The translations under genes were made by a program, and so were the position numbers. A stretch of 64,000 bases of DNA from the human T2T-CHM13v2.0 reference genome, Homo sapiens: assembly GCF_009914755.1 (NCBI RefSeq), contig NC_060925.1, one strand, 5' to 3'. A model generated the notes under the pieces. The model made no database searches and was not told the DNA's origin. It worked only from the letters and a program-made list of their open reading frames with translations. Each line of letters begins with the position of its first letter. Position 1 is the first letter of the stretch. Of this stretch, positions 26,560 to 49,195 are shown in pieces.

Positions 26560-27003
26560 GACTTTTACATAGACGGCCCACAGTGAACGATGCCTCCTTT
26601 GTAGAGTCCTTCTTACAACTCTGAGTTTGGTCATGAGACTTCATTTGACCTATGAGACATTATCAAGAATGATATTAACAGAGGCTTGATAGACACTTAC
26701 ACACTGGGGCTTGTCTCCTTGGAATGTTACCTTCTTAAAAACCAGTGTATATTATGTAATAAAACTCAGTCTAGAATAATGAGAGATGAGAGACCATGTG
26801 AAGAGAGGCCATAGAAGACATGAGGCCATTGTGTAGATTCCAGCTGTAGCTGAGCTCTCAGCTGTTAAAACTGGATAACTTAACCTCAGTTACACCATAT
26901 GGAGCAGAACTGCCCAACTGAGCCCTGTCAACTGACAGAGTCATGACAAATAATAAGTTAATGTGGCTTTAAGCCACCCTAAACAACAAGAAACACTGAG
27001 ACA
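26560..27003 (+). mobile_element. MLT1G/H-like MaLR LTR
   Basis: GGTCATGAGACTTCATTTGACC...CAGAGGCTTGATAGACACTTACACACTGGGGCTTG...CCCAACTGAGCCC...GGCTTTAAGCCAC. Confidence 0.7.
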
Positions 27004-27364
27004 GTCCTCCAAAATCCTGCCTAAGGAATGCGTAATTTCTAATATCATTTTTTGGCTTCATCTTTCCTTTTAAAATTTAGTAGAGATAATACATATTTCT
27101 ACAGCTTGGGGAAATTCTTATCACACTGAATAGAAGAAGCATTTTGAAATGGCTCCAGCTATATTGGTCCAAAAATGTTCTAGAAAATGCCTTTCATTTT
27201 AAAGGAAAAGCTAAAATCAAACAAATAAGTGTCAGCAGCAATAATATAACCAACGAAGCAAGGTATTACGGGATTCACTATGTATTTCTACATTTTCCCT
27301 AGCAGAGCATATAATTGTTTCTGATTTGCTTGTCTCTGTTTCCTAAATACGTCTTCTCTATTTC

Positions 27365-27830
27365 TTGTCATTATTTCTTACTCTGCTGGATACCTTTTGC
27401 TTGCCCCTTAGTTTCTATCTGAATTTCCACATTCTGTACCCTGCTCTGTTCCCCGGGACGATGACCAATACAGAATGCAATAAGCTACCCTGCTCTCTTA
27501 CAGAAAGGAGAGCACAGCAGGACATCCGGGGAAGGCTGGGGATTTATATCCACACACACTTTCTTCCTCTAGGCATCGCTTGAACAAAATTCTGTTATTC
27601 TCATTTGCCTTCTCTCTTCATGTTTTGGGAACTGTTCTAGCCCATTGCTCCTTTAAGCCAAAGGGTGCTGACAGTGTTTTACTGTTAGTAGCCTCGGGAT
27701 ATTGCACAATCCTTTGAGCTTCAGGAGAGGTTGTCCACAACTTTTTAAATACTACTAACAGCAAATGGTCAAGTTGGCCAAATTTGGACATGCTGCGTAT
27801 TTCCTTCCAAAACTCTGATTTATTCCTTTA
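27365..27830 (-). mobile_element. LTR33-like ERVL LTR
   Basis: CTGTACCCTGCTCTGTTCCCCGGGA...TGACC and GGCTGGGGATTTATATCC motifs. Confidence 0.55.
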
Positions 27831-28809
27831 GTGTATTTTCCTAAAGATCATTCACAAAAAATTTCCATTTCACTTGCAATTTAGCCATCCCTAAGTGGAC
27901 AGACAGCTGAGGTTCCAAATAATACCAGCCAGGGGTATGATAATTATACTCTTTCCTGAATCAACAACACATTGTGCCACAAATATCCTAGTAATGTGTA
28001 GGTGTTCAGTATTTTATATGTTATACAGACTTATATATTCATGTTCACTCATAGAAAAAGCAAAAATTAGGAATGCTGCAGAGGCGATTAACAAATAATC
28101 CTTTGAAAAAGTATTTTGGTTTTCCTTTATTTTCCTCTCTCTCTCTTTATTTTTCTTATTTAGAAGAAAAGTAGAGGAGAGTTCACTCACGTCTCAGAAA
28201 TCATGTTAATGTCTTTGAGAGTGTTTTTAGAATGTGTTTTGAATTTGCTAGAATGGCTTAACTGAACAACGCTTTATGCATTTGTAGCTACTACTTACTT
28301 GACAAATTTCTATTTTTGATTATCTTTGAAAGGAATTATCAAATGAAGTGTATATCCATCCTTATTAAAATATTTTGTTATGTGGCGTAAAGATTCCATA
28401 TGAATATATAACCTATATATGTCTTAGCAAGAGCATGAGGTGAGCATGTCAAAGTCACAGCTTTTAAGAACCAGAAAGTTTCAAGGGAATACAGAGAAAC
28501 TTCTGGAATTGTCATTATGAGAACCCTCTGAACTCTTCTTTGCTCATCACCCTAGAGTATTACTAAATAAGACACATTTAAGAATATATTACTGATCCCA
28601 TAACGGCGGTGTGTCATTTACTCTCTTCTCTACAGACCTAAATGTTTAGATCTTGTCTATAGATAATGGCTTTAAAAAAATATAGCAGTATCTATTACTA
28701 TCTACTAGTGGAAATTCTTCTGTGCTTTTAAGAAGTGACTATCAACTGAGTTGGTATAAGAATAATGCAAACAACAGTAAATGTAGAATGCCCCTGAGGT
28801 TTTAATTTT

Positions 28810-34110
<5,301 letters not shown>

Positions 34111-35401
34111 CAATAATTAGTACATTTCATTTAGGTTTGGCCGAGGGCCATCACCGTGGCTCTAGGTGCATGGATATTAGCATAGGATTGCAACTGATTA
34201 TATAAGAAGGCTTGACTTTCACATCAACATAGCTTCTAGAGTTATTTTTCAAAACATAAGTCAATAGTGACAATAAACTGTTCAAACTTCTTCAAAATTT
34301 AGCATTTCTTTAGCATGAAAACCACAGTCCCTACAGGAGCCTAGGTCTTTAATCAAATACTCAAGTCCCAACCACAGCCACCATTTGGCCTCCTATCTCC
34401 TTTCAAACATGGATCAGATTACTTTAGTTGCAATAGTTTTATACTTATATTTTTTTGGTTCAAAATGCTTCCAAGAGTTCTCTCAAGTCAGGAATTTTGT
34501 ACTTCAGTACTGGCCAATTTTTCTGCCTGTAGCACTGTTTTCCAAGATATTTCAAGTCCTGTTCCATGACATTATAGACTTTCATACAACTTTACACAAA
34601 CTAGCAACCACATTGGCCTGTATCTTATACCATCCAAGATTATTATACATGGTATTTTATATATGGTATAATATATATTACCATATATGGTATCATATAC
34701 CATCCAACATTATTGCTCTCCTCACCCCACAAGGGGACGAAATTTGGTTTGTTTACTCCCGTATTTTTTGTCCCTTAGAACAATGAGTTACTTACTACTT
34801 CCAGATGGAGTGTTCTAAGTCTTGACTTAAAAGAGTGTTATCTTTTCTTACACACAGTACCTAGCCCACTGCAACACTTATTGCCATCTTCATATTCACC
34901 TGGGTTTTTACTGTTGCTGTTGCAATAAAAGAATAAACATGGCCCTTTCTGGCATTAGGGGTTTACTTATTTAGGCCAATCATAATGAGAAAAGGCAGTC
35001 AACACAATACACTTGAGGTAGAAAAAAATATAACTTGGAAGAATGTGGGAGCATCTGAAATATTGTAGTTTATAGAGGCTTGCTCGAGGAAATAATCATT
35101 GAGCTTAGTCCTGGATGAACAGAGTTAGTGAGGAAAAGTAATGCGTCAAAATAATCCAGGAAGACAGAACAGAATAAATAAAATATTGAAGTAGGAAATA
35201 TCATGGTTTGGGAGGGTGGTTTAACTAGGAGATGTTTTAGGCCTCATAAAATGTGGGTAGGGGATATCTTTTTACTTTATAACACTCTCAAATAGATTTC
35301 CCAAAATGACATCTACAGACTGAAAGATGTTCTCATGTTCATGTTACTCTAGGCAATTGTCAAAAAGGTTGTTGGCCCCATAATAAGGCCTAATTATTTT
35401 A

Positions 35402-35822
<421 letters not shown>

Positions 35823-36224
35823 TCACTTAACTTGGTGATGCCTCATGCCAGAAGTCTTGAATCTATTAAAGTGTATGACTACAAAAACTGGTAATCCTTT
35901 CTGTTTGGCTGAATTTCTATAGTAAATGACATTTTCACGTGTTAAGCAGCCATCAAAAGGTATGTCCCTTTGTTATTGAATACACAGGACCAGAAGTTTA
36001 GAAAATTCAGGTACAGAAGATAAATATATTGGAGGCTTTATTAAAGGAAATATGTTGTTAGAGTAAATGAGCTCATGAGCTTTAAAAATGAAAGTATTCA
36101 ATGTATATTCCAAGGAGATTTAATATGTATTATTAGGATAAATTATGTGTACTCAATTAAAAATTAGAGGAGATGGAGTGAAGGGAGTTGAAGGTGTCAG
36201 GGAATAAAATTGATCACTAGATGA

Positions 36225-36580
<356 letters not shown>

Positions 36581-37199
36581 TAAATGCCTTTTATTCACCC
36601 CACTCATATTAAACAAAAAGATATATTAACTTTCTCAATATGTTATGTAGCTTCTTCAAATCATATTGGAAAATGTTCTGTTAGTGCTTTTCTAGAATCT
36701 GTGTAGGCTGACTTACAGACTGTTTAACAGAGACACTAATTTATGTTTTAATTATTTCTATTCAAATTTATAAGATTTTTTCAAATTTAATTTTGTGACT
36801 CAATTTTCAGTGAAAATTTAGCAAATGTACAAAAATATTTCCCCATTTATCAAAATATTTAAGGTATGTTGTGAATATAAACACATCTTTATACTACATG
36901 CTCTTGATAGTCCAAGTAATAAATTTTTTGTAATTTTTAATTGTTTTATTCTTAAGTCTCTGAGAAATATGAAATATAGTTATGTCCTTGGAAGCTGGTT
37001 TACTGCAGCTCTTAAATGGCTTCTCACTGGCAACTAAATACTCTCTTATTATGGTCTAAATACCCCAAACTAAGAGAGAAGCTTCAGATGTAAATTGATA
37101 AATGACTTGTCTTTATTTGCTGGTCCTAGTCCCCTTATCTTTTATAAAAGTTTTTTTCAAAGGTGTCATAACACTAGATGTTCCCTCCCATTTATTTAA

Positions 37200-37667
37200 T
37201 GTACGAGTGAATGGTATGCCAAAGGAATGCAGAGCTGGGCAGAAGTTAAAGTAGTGAAAACAAGTTTAATTCAGGACTATTTCATTAAGGGAAGAGAGAC
37301 CACAAAATGAGAATGGGCTCCATTCTGACTACACCGGGGAGAACAGCGACTTATAGCCAAGAAGCAGGGGTCTGTGGATGGAAAATTTCTAAGAGAAGAC
37401 ATGGTGTTTGGGGAGAGTTCTGGCTGAATCAACCTAACAGGATTCCTGCTGAAGGCAGGCCAGGGTGATCAGGTATCAAACACAGGGTGTGAAAAATCCT
37501 GGTCAGACATTGAGAGTGATCTGTTATTGAGGGAGGGGGAAATTCCCTAAACTGCCCTGGCAGTTTTATTTACTGAAACGGGATTTTACAAGGTAGTGCA
37601 CAGATGAGTCTAGGGGCAGGTTCAAAAGAAGCCTGACTACAGCTTATTTGAGCAAAGAATTTTGACA
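37200..37667 (-). mobile_element. MER31-like ERV1 LTR
   Basis: Minus strand starts TGTCAAAATTCTTTGCTC...AGTCAGGCTTCTTTTGAACCT...CATCTGTGCACTACCTTGTAAAATCC. Confidence 0.75.
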
Positions 37668-38650
37668 CTTAATAGGTCCTACTTACATTAAATTTGTGTA
37701 TATAATTTCTAAAATATAGAAGGTTGTTTAGATTTTTTGACTACATGCTGCACATTGCTCACAATATCAGCATAACTAATTTTCTCCTGATTCATGAGTA
37801 CATCTATTTAGAACTATAAGTCTGATTCAGACTGAACTCTCAATCAGCGATTTTATTTTCACATTAAATTGCATGTTTTAGGAAAATGTTATTATTCCTA
37901 ACAGTCATGTAAGTCCTCAGACTACAGGCAGTAAGAGCTGATTATAACTCAATATTAGTAATAATTAATGACATGGAGAAATATATCAGGAGCAAATGAA
38001 GAAAACGGCAAAACAGCAGTTCTCAAAGTCTGAGAACAACCCAGGCCTATGAAAATACATGATTTTCTAATGATAAGAAATTCATAACTCATGGAGGTAT
38101 TAGAGTGAAGGAAAATTGTCAGCTGATTGACAATGTATTATGTATTTATCAATGGATCAGAGACAAGACCTAGCTATTACTTTCTTTCTGCTATTTATCT
38201 ACCTGTCTGTCTACCTTTCAACCAAATGCAAATTTGTAACAATGTTTCAGTAGATGAGGAGTAAACGGAATGTCTCTCTGTCCTCTTGCTTAACAGAGAG
38301 GATTGCTAAGAGTTCCTTGTGGTGTGATTATAAATATTTAAGTGCGTGTAGCTATGCGTACTTTTGTATGTACATATGTATTTTTATTTCTAAGTGGTTT
38401 CTATAGCAGTAGAGAGAGATTGATCCAAGGTAACAGGGATGGTGAGGTAGAGAGAAGATTGTGGGGGAAAACGAAGTAGATTAGCAGCTTAGACTTTTTC
38501 AATTTAGAAAAGTAACTTAACTTATATATTAACTTTGGGAATAAATAGAGCCTTCTGAAAAACCATGAACATTTAGATAGAACACAAGGTTTTAGGATCA
38601 TTGATTTATTTTCATCTTTATCCTATGGAAAACTGGCATTTTGGCAGAAA

Positions 38651-38806
38651 AGAGTTAAGAGAATTCTAAAATAAAAATACACAGCAGAGTTAAATTTGAA
38701 TTTAAGATAATGAATAATGTTGTAGTATAAATATGTCCCAAATTATTTGTTGTTTATCTGAAATTCAAATTTAACTGAGTTTGCTGCATTTTACATGGCA
38801 ACTGTA
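38651..38806. mobile_element. MER53 hAT MITE with collapsed central palindrome
   Basis: AGTTAAATTTGAATTT(A)AGATAA / TTATCTGAAATTCAAATTTAACT inverted arms; TGGCAAC terminus. Confidence 0.85.
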
Positions 38807-40181
38807 CTCCCTCATTTCATGAGATTCTTGATTTGTGCATTTTACTTTCTAAATGTCTACCACACCGTTAACTCCAAATAAATACCTGCTACACATTCAC
38901 CTGCTCTCCCAGCTGTGCGACTGTATTCTTGTTCTTCATTTAGGTTCTGAGAGCCGGTTCTAGTCCCATGGATTGACAACTCCCATCTGGAACGAGGAAT
39001 ACCTTAACCCAGAGTTAATAAACCTTATTTTTTTCATATTATCACCCATTAAGGAGGCCTTGTTAAACTTTTTTTCTTCCTAATCACTCCCCCAACTTCC
39101 ACGAAGTTTTACTATCACATATATACCATATATACGTTTATTTAGGGTGGTTCTTTGGAAAACCACAGCCATTGTAATAATTAAGATTTGTTTTTATTCC
39201 AAGAACTAGTTATGCTCCCCTGGGGCAATACTTCCTCCCTTGAGAATGCATGCATTAGTTCTCAAGGCAGGTCTTCCTCTTTGCTGTTGAATGGATCTGT
39301 CTCAATACCAAAGAGTTCAGATCTCTACCGCTGAGAAAAAAAATAAAGTCATCTCAGTCATTACCCATATTAGCATCAAAGAAGAGAAACACTATACTTT
39401 ACATTTCTGGGGCAAATTTTACAAATGCCAAATACTAGAGGCCTCCATGAGAGGTCATTTCTGAAGGACACAAACGCCCATTAAAGGAAGAAAGTCTTCG
39501 GATGTCATGATTCAGAATATGCTTATTTGAATATCCTAATCATTACCTTACACACTTCATTGGAATTTTTTGAAATTTAAGGCTCTTATATTTTTACTTA
39601 TCTTTTGATCAAAAAATTAAAAAATAAATTTGGAAAGACCTACATTTTAAAAATAAACAGTTTATTTGCATAACATTTTCTTATCGTTCATTATTACTAA
39701 TGACACACACGTTAATCAGCTTGCCATATGTTGGCACAGCTGTGATTGGTTTGTCCAAATCTCTACAGATTTTTCCTTTGCTGCTCCGAGATATTTTTCA
39801 ACATGGGAGCAGAGTGCCATCGTGCTCTGTGTTAAGACATGGTATAGAGTCAGCATATGCTCTCCAGTACTTCTTGGCAAGACTGGTAGCTCATATTTAT
39901 TTATTTATGAGTTATTTCAAATAGTTCTCCTTTTTTTTTCTTACATTGTGGCAGGTTTAAATGGTCTTTTTAAAATGGGCATGGCAAATATTCTTGTAAT
40001 GTTTTTTACATCTTTATAATCAAATTTATTTATATAGAAATATGTATAATTTTATAAATATGAGATGTATATTTTTAAATATAAATATGTAAATATATAT
40101 TTAGATTAGATTTTTTGTATATTATACACTGTAGAAGAACATATTTGTTGAAGAACAAGAATACAATGTAATATATACATA

Positions 40182-40484
40182 TTTGTTTGTTTGTTTAAGA
40201 CGTGGTCTTGCTCTGTTGCCCAGGCTGGAATGCAGTGCCCTGATCTTGGCTCACTGCAGCCTCAATCAATCTCCTGGCCTCAATCTATCTTTCCCACCTC
40301 AGTCTCCCAAGTAGCTTGGACCACAGGTGTGCACTATGATGCCTGGCTAATTTCTTTTCTTTCTTGTAGTCAGAAAGTCTTGTTATATTGCCCAGGCTGG
40401 TCTCCAAAACCTAGGCTCAAATGATCCTCTTACCTTGACCTCCCAAAATGCTGAGGTTACAGGTGTGAGCCACTGTGCCCAGCC
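40182..40484 (-). mobile_element. AluJ
   Basis: Diverged Alu with J-type CTGCAGCCTC and CTAGGCTCAA; (TTTG)n tail. Confidence 0.9.
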
Positions 40485-41384
40485 AATCAAATTTAGTAAC
40501 ATTATATTTTCTATCTTATAGACACATATGACATTCTTCTTTACATCTTGCTGACTTCTTGCCCACTTACAATCACTTCTTTCCCACTTACTTCCCTTTT
40601 ACTGAAGCTGAAATCCTTTACACTGCTTCTCACATGCTTACTTCAGTGTGACACAATTCATGAGAAACTCCTTAGTTTCCAGAATCAAGTCAGATGCGCA
40701 GTATGAGGAATTATGTGTCATGTAACTGGGGATGAGAAAAAAACCTAGGCACTTCTGTAGCAATAACAAAAGTGATAGCTTGGTTTCAGTCTTGTAAAGC
40801 CTGCAGAGGAGCAAAGAAAAGCCAATGAAGGTTCAGTAGGGTGGCAAGTGGCATGTCTTGGCTGCTGAACATTTTTCTCAATGAAAAATAGACTTACAGT
40901 ATCACTAGAAGAAAGTCTGCATTTTCTTCTTAAGATGTATATAGTAACATTGTGACTTTCTTGCATTATTTACTTGAACAAAATAGAAATGCTTTATGGT
41001 TGTTATTCGTATTTTGGTTTTGTTTTCTTTTTAATTTTTCTTCTTTTGGGAGGGATAGTCATCAATCAAGCAGCCTAGGGTGTGTCTGAAGATAGCAACA
41101 AAACAGACTCCTAGAGAGAAGCATATAAAGACACAAGGAGATATAAAAGGCCAGTAGGAAAATAAGTAATAATATACTGAACACAGGAAACAGAATGCTG
41201 TTCACACCAGCACTACAGAGGAACAGCTTCAAGTATTAGGCAGATGATTTCAATCAGATGAGTTTTTTAAAATAAATCTTAGATAGTTTAGTATTGGAGC
41301 TAGGAATCCATTTCTTGGGAGTTAGTTGCCAGGAGGCTTGCAAAACCTAGGCTAGAACCCAGAGCATCTAGTGCTGAGCAAATG

Positions 41385-41620
41385 ATTCATTCATTCATCG
41401 ATATGTTTGGATGGCTACTACATTCAAGGAATTGGGTTTGTTGCTGAAGACATAATAATGGGCTTTAAACGTAACAGACACAGATCTTAACTGCATGGAA
41501 CTTATGAAACAGAGTCTTGAGAAAAGCGAATAAGACAAAGACCTTATTTTTTAGACAGGAGTACAAGGTCTGAGAAACAAAGAATTGGTATTTAAACTGT
41601 GACACAAGGTCAGGAAGCAT
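41385..41620 (-). mobile_element. L2 3' end fragment
   Basis: ATTCATTCATTCATC...ACAGACACAGATC...CATGGAACTTA. Confidence 0.6.
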
Positions 41621-41859
41621 AACATTTGCTAAATCCCTTAAGTGTAATTTGGAATTTACAAGTCTGGTTCTACAAAGAACCTGATTCTTCCTATTATTGT
41701 GTAGAATAATATTAATTATTTTCCTTCTCCTCACCCTCAAGGTCAACCCTTTAAAATTTTCCCCCATTAGCCATATAAAAGTAAGAAATTAGCCTAATGC
41801 TGACAGGTGTGTGCATTGGTAATGGACTCTCAAAAAATAAATTAGACAACAAAAAGCTC

Positions 41860-42005
41860 AGATTTTTAGCCTTTGCAAATTTTGGTGTTGTAAATACTCC
41901 TATCACTGTCTATTTTAAGCCACCAATGTTAAACAAGCTGCTGGCAAAATTCCTGAAATAATAGGAATCAGCTCTCAGAAACCCATACAAACAGGTTCCA
42001 GCAAA
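41860..42005. mobile_element. MER63-like hAT fragment
   Basis: TTTTGGTGTTGTAAATACTCCTATCA...TTTTAAGCCACCAATG...TCAGCTCTC...GGTTCCAGCA. Confidence 0.6.
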
Positions 42006-43610
42006 ATAATGAATGTTGACCTCTTAATGCCTGCCTGATCTCTCGACTATTAAAAGAGCTAGCCAAATCTTTGAAATTAAGCCTTGAAAAATGTTTGTAT
42101 TAAAATATTAGCCACACCCCCAGTGACTGGTTAGTTCCAAAAGAAAAAAGAATGTAGACATGTTTAGAGTTATGTTATTTTCTTTAAACCTATTAGCCTT
42201 ATTTTAGGGTTTATCCCATAATTGGACTTGGGGTATTTTACTCCAGATAGTCAACTGACTTAAACAACAAAAAGAAAAATATTTGAGGAGTACAGATCCA
42301 GATACACCCAAATTTCTAATACTGTATAAAGGGGACAAATCTATCTATCTATTGCATGTATGTTGAATAGTCATGATTATTTGTATGAGTACATAAGTCA
42401 TATTATTATACATAACAATGAATGAACAATGGAATCATAATTGGAACAATCTCATTTATTATTTATAATCTCCATGCCTTTACAGGGACATAGAAATTTC
42501 AGCTAACACCTTGTAAATTTAGCTACTCTTTATCAAATATCAGACGTATACTAACATATGCCTGTCCAATTTCAGTTTATTTTGTTACTTAATTAAGGAT
42601 GCTTAGAAGGCAAGAGAATGTGGAGGGCAAATAAAGGTTGCATGCAAAAACAATAAAAACTAATGGTTTTTAGAAGTGTGAGAAAAATCTGTAGATTTTG
42701 TTTATCTCTACATTTCACGTCTTCATTACAATGGATAATCAAGAGTTGACTACGTTGTAATTAGAACTGAAGTTGAAGAACACATCCAACAATTCACAAT
42801 TTATATTATAACTCATCAACCCACTAAATATATATTAATAGGGCATTCAAAATCATGCATTTGGCATTTCAAAGGAAGTTTCCCACATCTGGAGTGATTT
42901 GGGACACATTATTTAGTGACCTCTCTTTATTTCAGCTATTTTGGTGAGTTCTATTTTGCATAATATTACAATCAGACCTTGAGTATAAAATGGTAATGGA
43001 GGGGAGGTGGATAATCTTCATCTCTGGATAATTCTGGAGAAAATAATACAATCGAAAAAAGAATAGAGAAACCAAATTTTAAGGCAATTAGTCACAAGTA
43101 TAAATGACTGTTGATAAGTTTTGAGATTATTTAAAAATTATAGGCTTTTAACTAACATTTGATTTTGAAGTTTTCACTTTTTAAACGTGGAATTTCACTG
43201 AACTTGTCTCATGAAATTGTAATTAGTTATAAAATTTATCTCCCATAATATTATACTATTAATAGGTAAATGTAAGAGTATTTCTATGTATTTGTTCTTT
43301 GGTACTGCAAAATATTCTCTGATTCATCTGAGTTTATGAGTAACATTAATTGTTATGTACTTCAGATATGTAAGACTGTTAGAAGCTGGGAGTTATGTAC
43401 ATTTGTTTTAATATTATGAAGTAGTAAGTAAGACAAGTTCAGGACACTGTTAAGTTTGATGCTAAGTCCCAGCAATGTTTGAGAACACATTAATAGACAT
43501 TATCTGGAAATACTTTGTGAAATAAATCACAGTTCAGAACAAAAAGTATTGTTATGACAAGCATTGACAACTAAAGATAAGTATTGACAATTCATTTTAT
43601 TTTTTTATAT

Positions 43611-45452
<1,842 letters not shown>

Positions 45453-45669
45453 ATATGGTGCCAGAAAAATCAAGTGAATTTGATAGATGAATACAAGACA
45501 GAAAGTAGAAAATGGAAGTAGATGTTAGAGACATTTTATTTTTATTTTAACAAGGTATGTAAAATATTTTATAATTATTGTTGAGAGAAATGTGAACTCA
45601 CTTAAATTGTGATCATAGAAGCTAATATTAATTGAGTTTATATTCCCTACCATGGTTTAGTTTTAGTTT

Positions 45670-45672
<3 letters not shown>

Positions 45673-45712
<40 letters not shown>
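45673..45712. repeat. (GT)n microsatellite, within a probable MIR (45600-45880)
   Basis: Direct reading. Confidence 0.97.
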
Positions 45713-45713
<1 letters not shown>

Positions 45714-46130
45714 ATTTTATACATACAAATTTCCTAGGATGTAAAATGTTTTAATCTATTCTCATTTTAAAAATAGAAAACACGTTTAGAGCTATAAAGT
45801 AACCCATTAAAGGTCAATTAGCTATCAAATTAAGGATCCTAGTTTAAAATGCTATAGTGGGGTCTATCATCAGGGGCTATACTTCTAACTAGAAGATTGT
45901 TCTGTGAGAGTAAAACAACTAGAAAAGCCATTTTTGCATCCTTGAAGGGCTAGTTATGAATGGTGGAGAAAACATCACACATTTTTTACTCCAGAAATCA
46001 CAACAAAAATAAATACATTAAAAAAACAAATTCATTGAAGATATCAAATATATTTTTCCCATGCTAGATCTATTCAACAATAAAATGAGCTCCCTTACAA
46101 AAAATGAACTCCTTATTCTAAGAATTACTG

Positions 46131-46707
<577 letters not shown>

Positions 46708-47824
46708 CTAAGCAAGAAATAACAGCACATATTTCTTCCCAGCTACATTTTTTTGCCTTAAAAATAGCAAGTTACTTATTCTACTGAGTATATTGATTTA
46801 AGCTATTTCATTTATCATTGTATCTGGGTAGATATCGTGATTTATCTCTAGTTTCATCATGAAATATTGATAGTAGATGAATTATGTAACCCAGAAGACA
46901 GAAAGTATATAAACAATGTAAATTAGTACAAAATATCACAAAATTATTTTGAATCATTTTGCTTTCACTTATGCTGATTTTTGGTTCAAAGACTAATACG
47001 TAAATCTGTTGTCACTTAAACATGTCTCTAAAATGTAGTATAACTTAATAAACTGGAACTGTTCTATTTCTTAATCTCACTAGCGAATTCCACTGTTGGT
47101 ATGTTTTTATCTATTGGTATATACTCATATGTTATTTTATCTAACTAGTTCCCAAAGGTACTACTTGACAATGTATGTTTCTCCTAGGTTTGAAACCTAA
47201 ATACATTCATTTTACAGACTCTGACTTCCTTCTACTACTACAAGGTGATTTTAAGAAATGCTGTCATTATTTATCTTTCAAGAGGACAGCTTCTGTTTCT
47301 TCTTTTTGTAAGAGACTAGGTATCAAGTGTGACCTACCAAGAGTACATATACATGCTCTGAAACTTTCTCTGTTATTGTCAATGCTGTAAACAAACAAGA
47401 AAGCAGCAACAAATATAGAGCTTGATCATGCAAAATTGTTGACAATGTTGGAAATGATAGACTGTATAGACCCATCAAAGCGCATCTTCATTTTTAAATA
47501 TATCTAGTACTTAACAGAATTAAATAGGCAAGGATACATGTGAAGTCATTTACTAACATTTTTTACTTATATTTCATTCAGCAAAGCCGTGTATTTTCTC
47601 AAAAATATACCAAGCTTAGGTATGTGTTTCCTGGCAATGGTAAGTTACAGTTAAAGGGACTATGGTTTATGAACATAAACAACTTTTTAAATATATTTTT
47701 AAATGTTTGTTCATTTCTCAAAAATATTTTGATAGAGAGTCCTTACTTTTCACATCAGTAAAGATCTGTACCACACTTCTTGTATAGAAAATTTAGAAAT
47801 ATTTTACAGGTTATTAAAGCATGC

Positions 47825-47992
47825 CTTAGTCTGACTGTATCATAGTCATTCTGGATGTTGTTTAAAAAAATGCAGATTTTAGAGTTCACCACTTTTCTGT
47901 TTAATCCATGTTTCTGGGGTAAAGGCAACACAAACTATGGTTTGCAAAAGCATGCCTGGTAATTTTTTTACATTCTAAAATTCTGGATCCAT
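47825..47992. mobile_element. MER5-like hAT MITE
   Basis: GTTTAAAAAAATGCAGATT...TTTCTGGGGT...AAGCATGCCTGGTAATT. Confidence 0.55.
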
Positions 47993-48587
47993 AATGTTTT
48001 AAAAAACACATTCCAATGTTGCATATGTAATAACACTTTCTATGAAACTAAAATTCTAGTTCATGTTTATCTCATTATATTCTACTTCTGCAAAATGTAT
48101 ACCTTCCAAAGAAGGTATACCTGACCTTGGGGTCAGGTTAAGTGGCTCTACTTGTGATGTGTTACTTTGGCTTCCCCCTTGAAAATTACTGTGCCATCTG
48201 ACTTTAAAAAATAATGTCTAAAATATCTCTTTCTGCTGAAAATGGATTAAAACCTCAAGAGGACTTGACATTTTAATATAGAAAATGCTTATCATTTATC
48301 TATATGTTATGCAAAAATAGTATGAGTTTAGGTTAATGTAAAGAAGAAATTCACAAAGTCAACAATAAACAACAGCATTTTTTCTTGGTTTGATTTCTCA
48401 GTAATGTATCTGAAAACTTCCGTTGACTTTTTATCCAGCATTAAAAGTGCACATTATAGACAGCTTTGTTAAATAATTGGCAACATCAAAAATGCATGTT
48501 CTACAACATAAGCCTGATATAATGTAGTGATTGTGCCCTAAGAATTTTTTAAAAATTCATATGTTACATTTACATGGATGATAAAGG

Positions 48588-48640
48588 CATACACATACAC
48601 ACACACACACACACACATATATATACACACAAACATATAT
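48588..48640. repeat. (CA)n/(TA)n microsatellite
   Basis: Direct reading. Confidence 0.9.
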
Positions 48641-49195
48641 AATTGCTAGAGGGAGCAATGCATTGCAATGTTTGTAAATGCAAGCATATATAGATTACAG
48701 TTTTTATTGTTATTTTTTATTGTGGATAATAGCACATGAATGCTATTTTAATGACAGAAAAATAATTTACAGATATATAAGTGAAAATATGAGTTATTTC
48801 ATAGCCTAAAACATGAATCCATTTTTCTGATGATCAAAAGCAAAATTTTATAAATTCTTGTTACATTATTGGGGAAGGCATTTCATCTCACCTGCCAACT
48901 TTCTTATTCCAACCAATGAGGAGGGATGCCTAGACTGTGTTGCAATTGAAAAGCATTCATCTTTGTTAGGCAGGGTGGCATGAAATGTGTACACAGTAAT
49001 TATAACAATGAATTTTAAACTATGAATCTTCCTAGAGCATGTAGAAACTATCTGTTTTTCCTATTCGGCTCCATGTTTCCTCAAGCCTTTTTCAATCTTT
49101 CTTATCTTATTATTTTAGGTTAAATTCCTATTATATAAAATATTTTTATTCATAGAATAAAAGATACAAATAAATGAATAAATGTATTCAAAGAA

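Noticed and set aside
38721-38741. miR-1302 family locus in MER53
   Set aside because: The minus strand resembles the mature sequence with mismatches, but the pairing arm is deleted.
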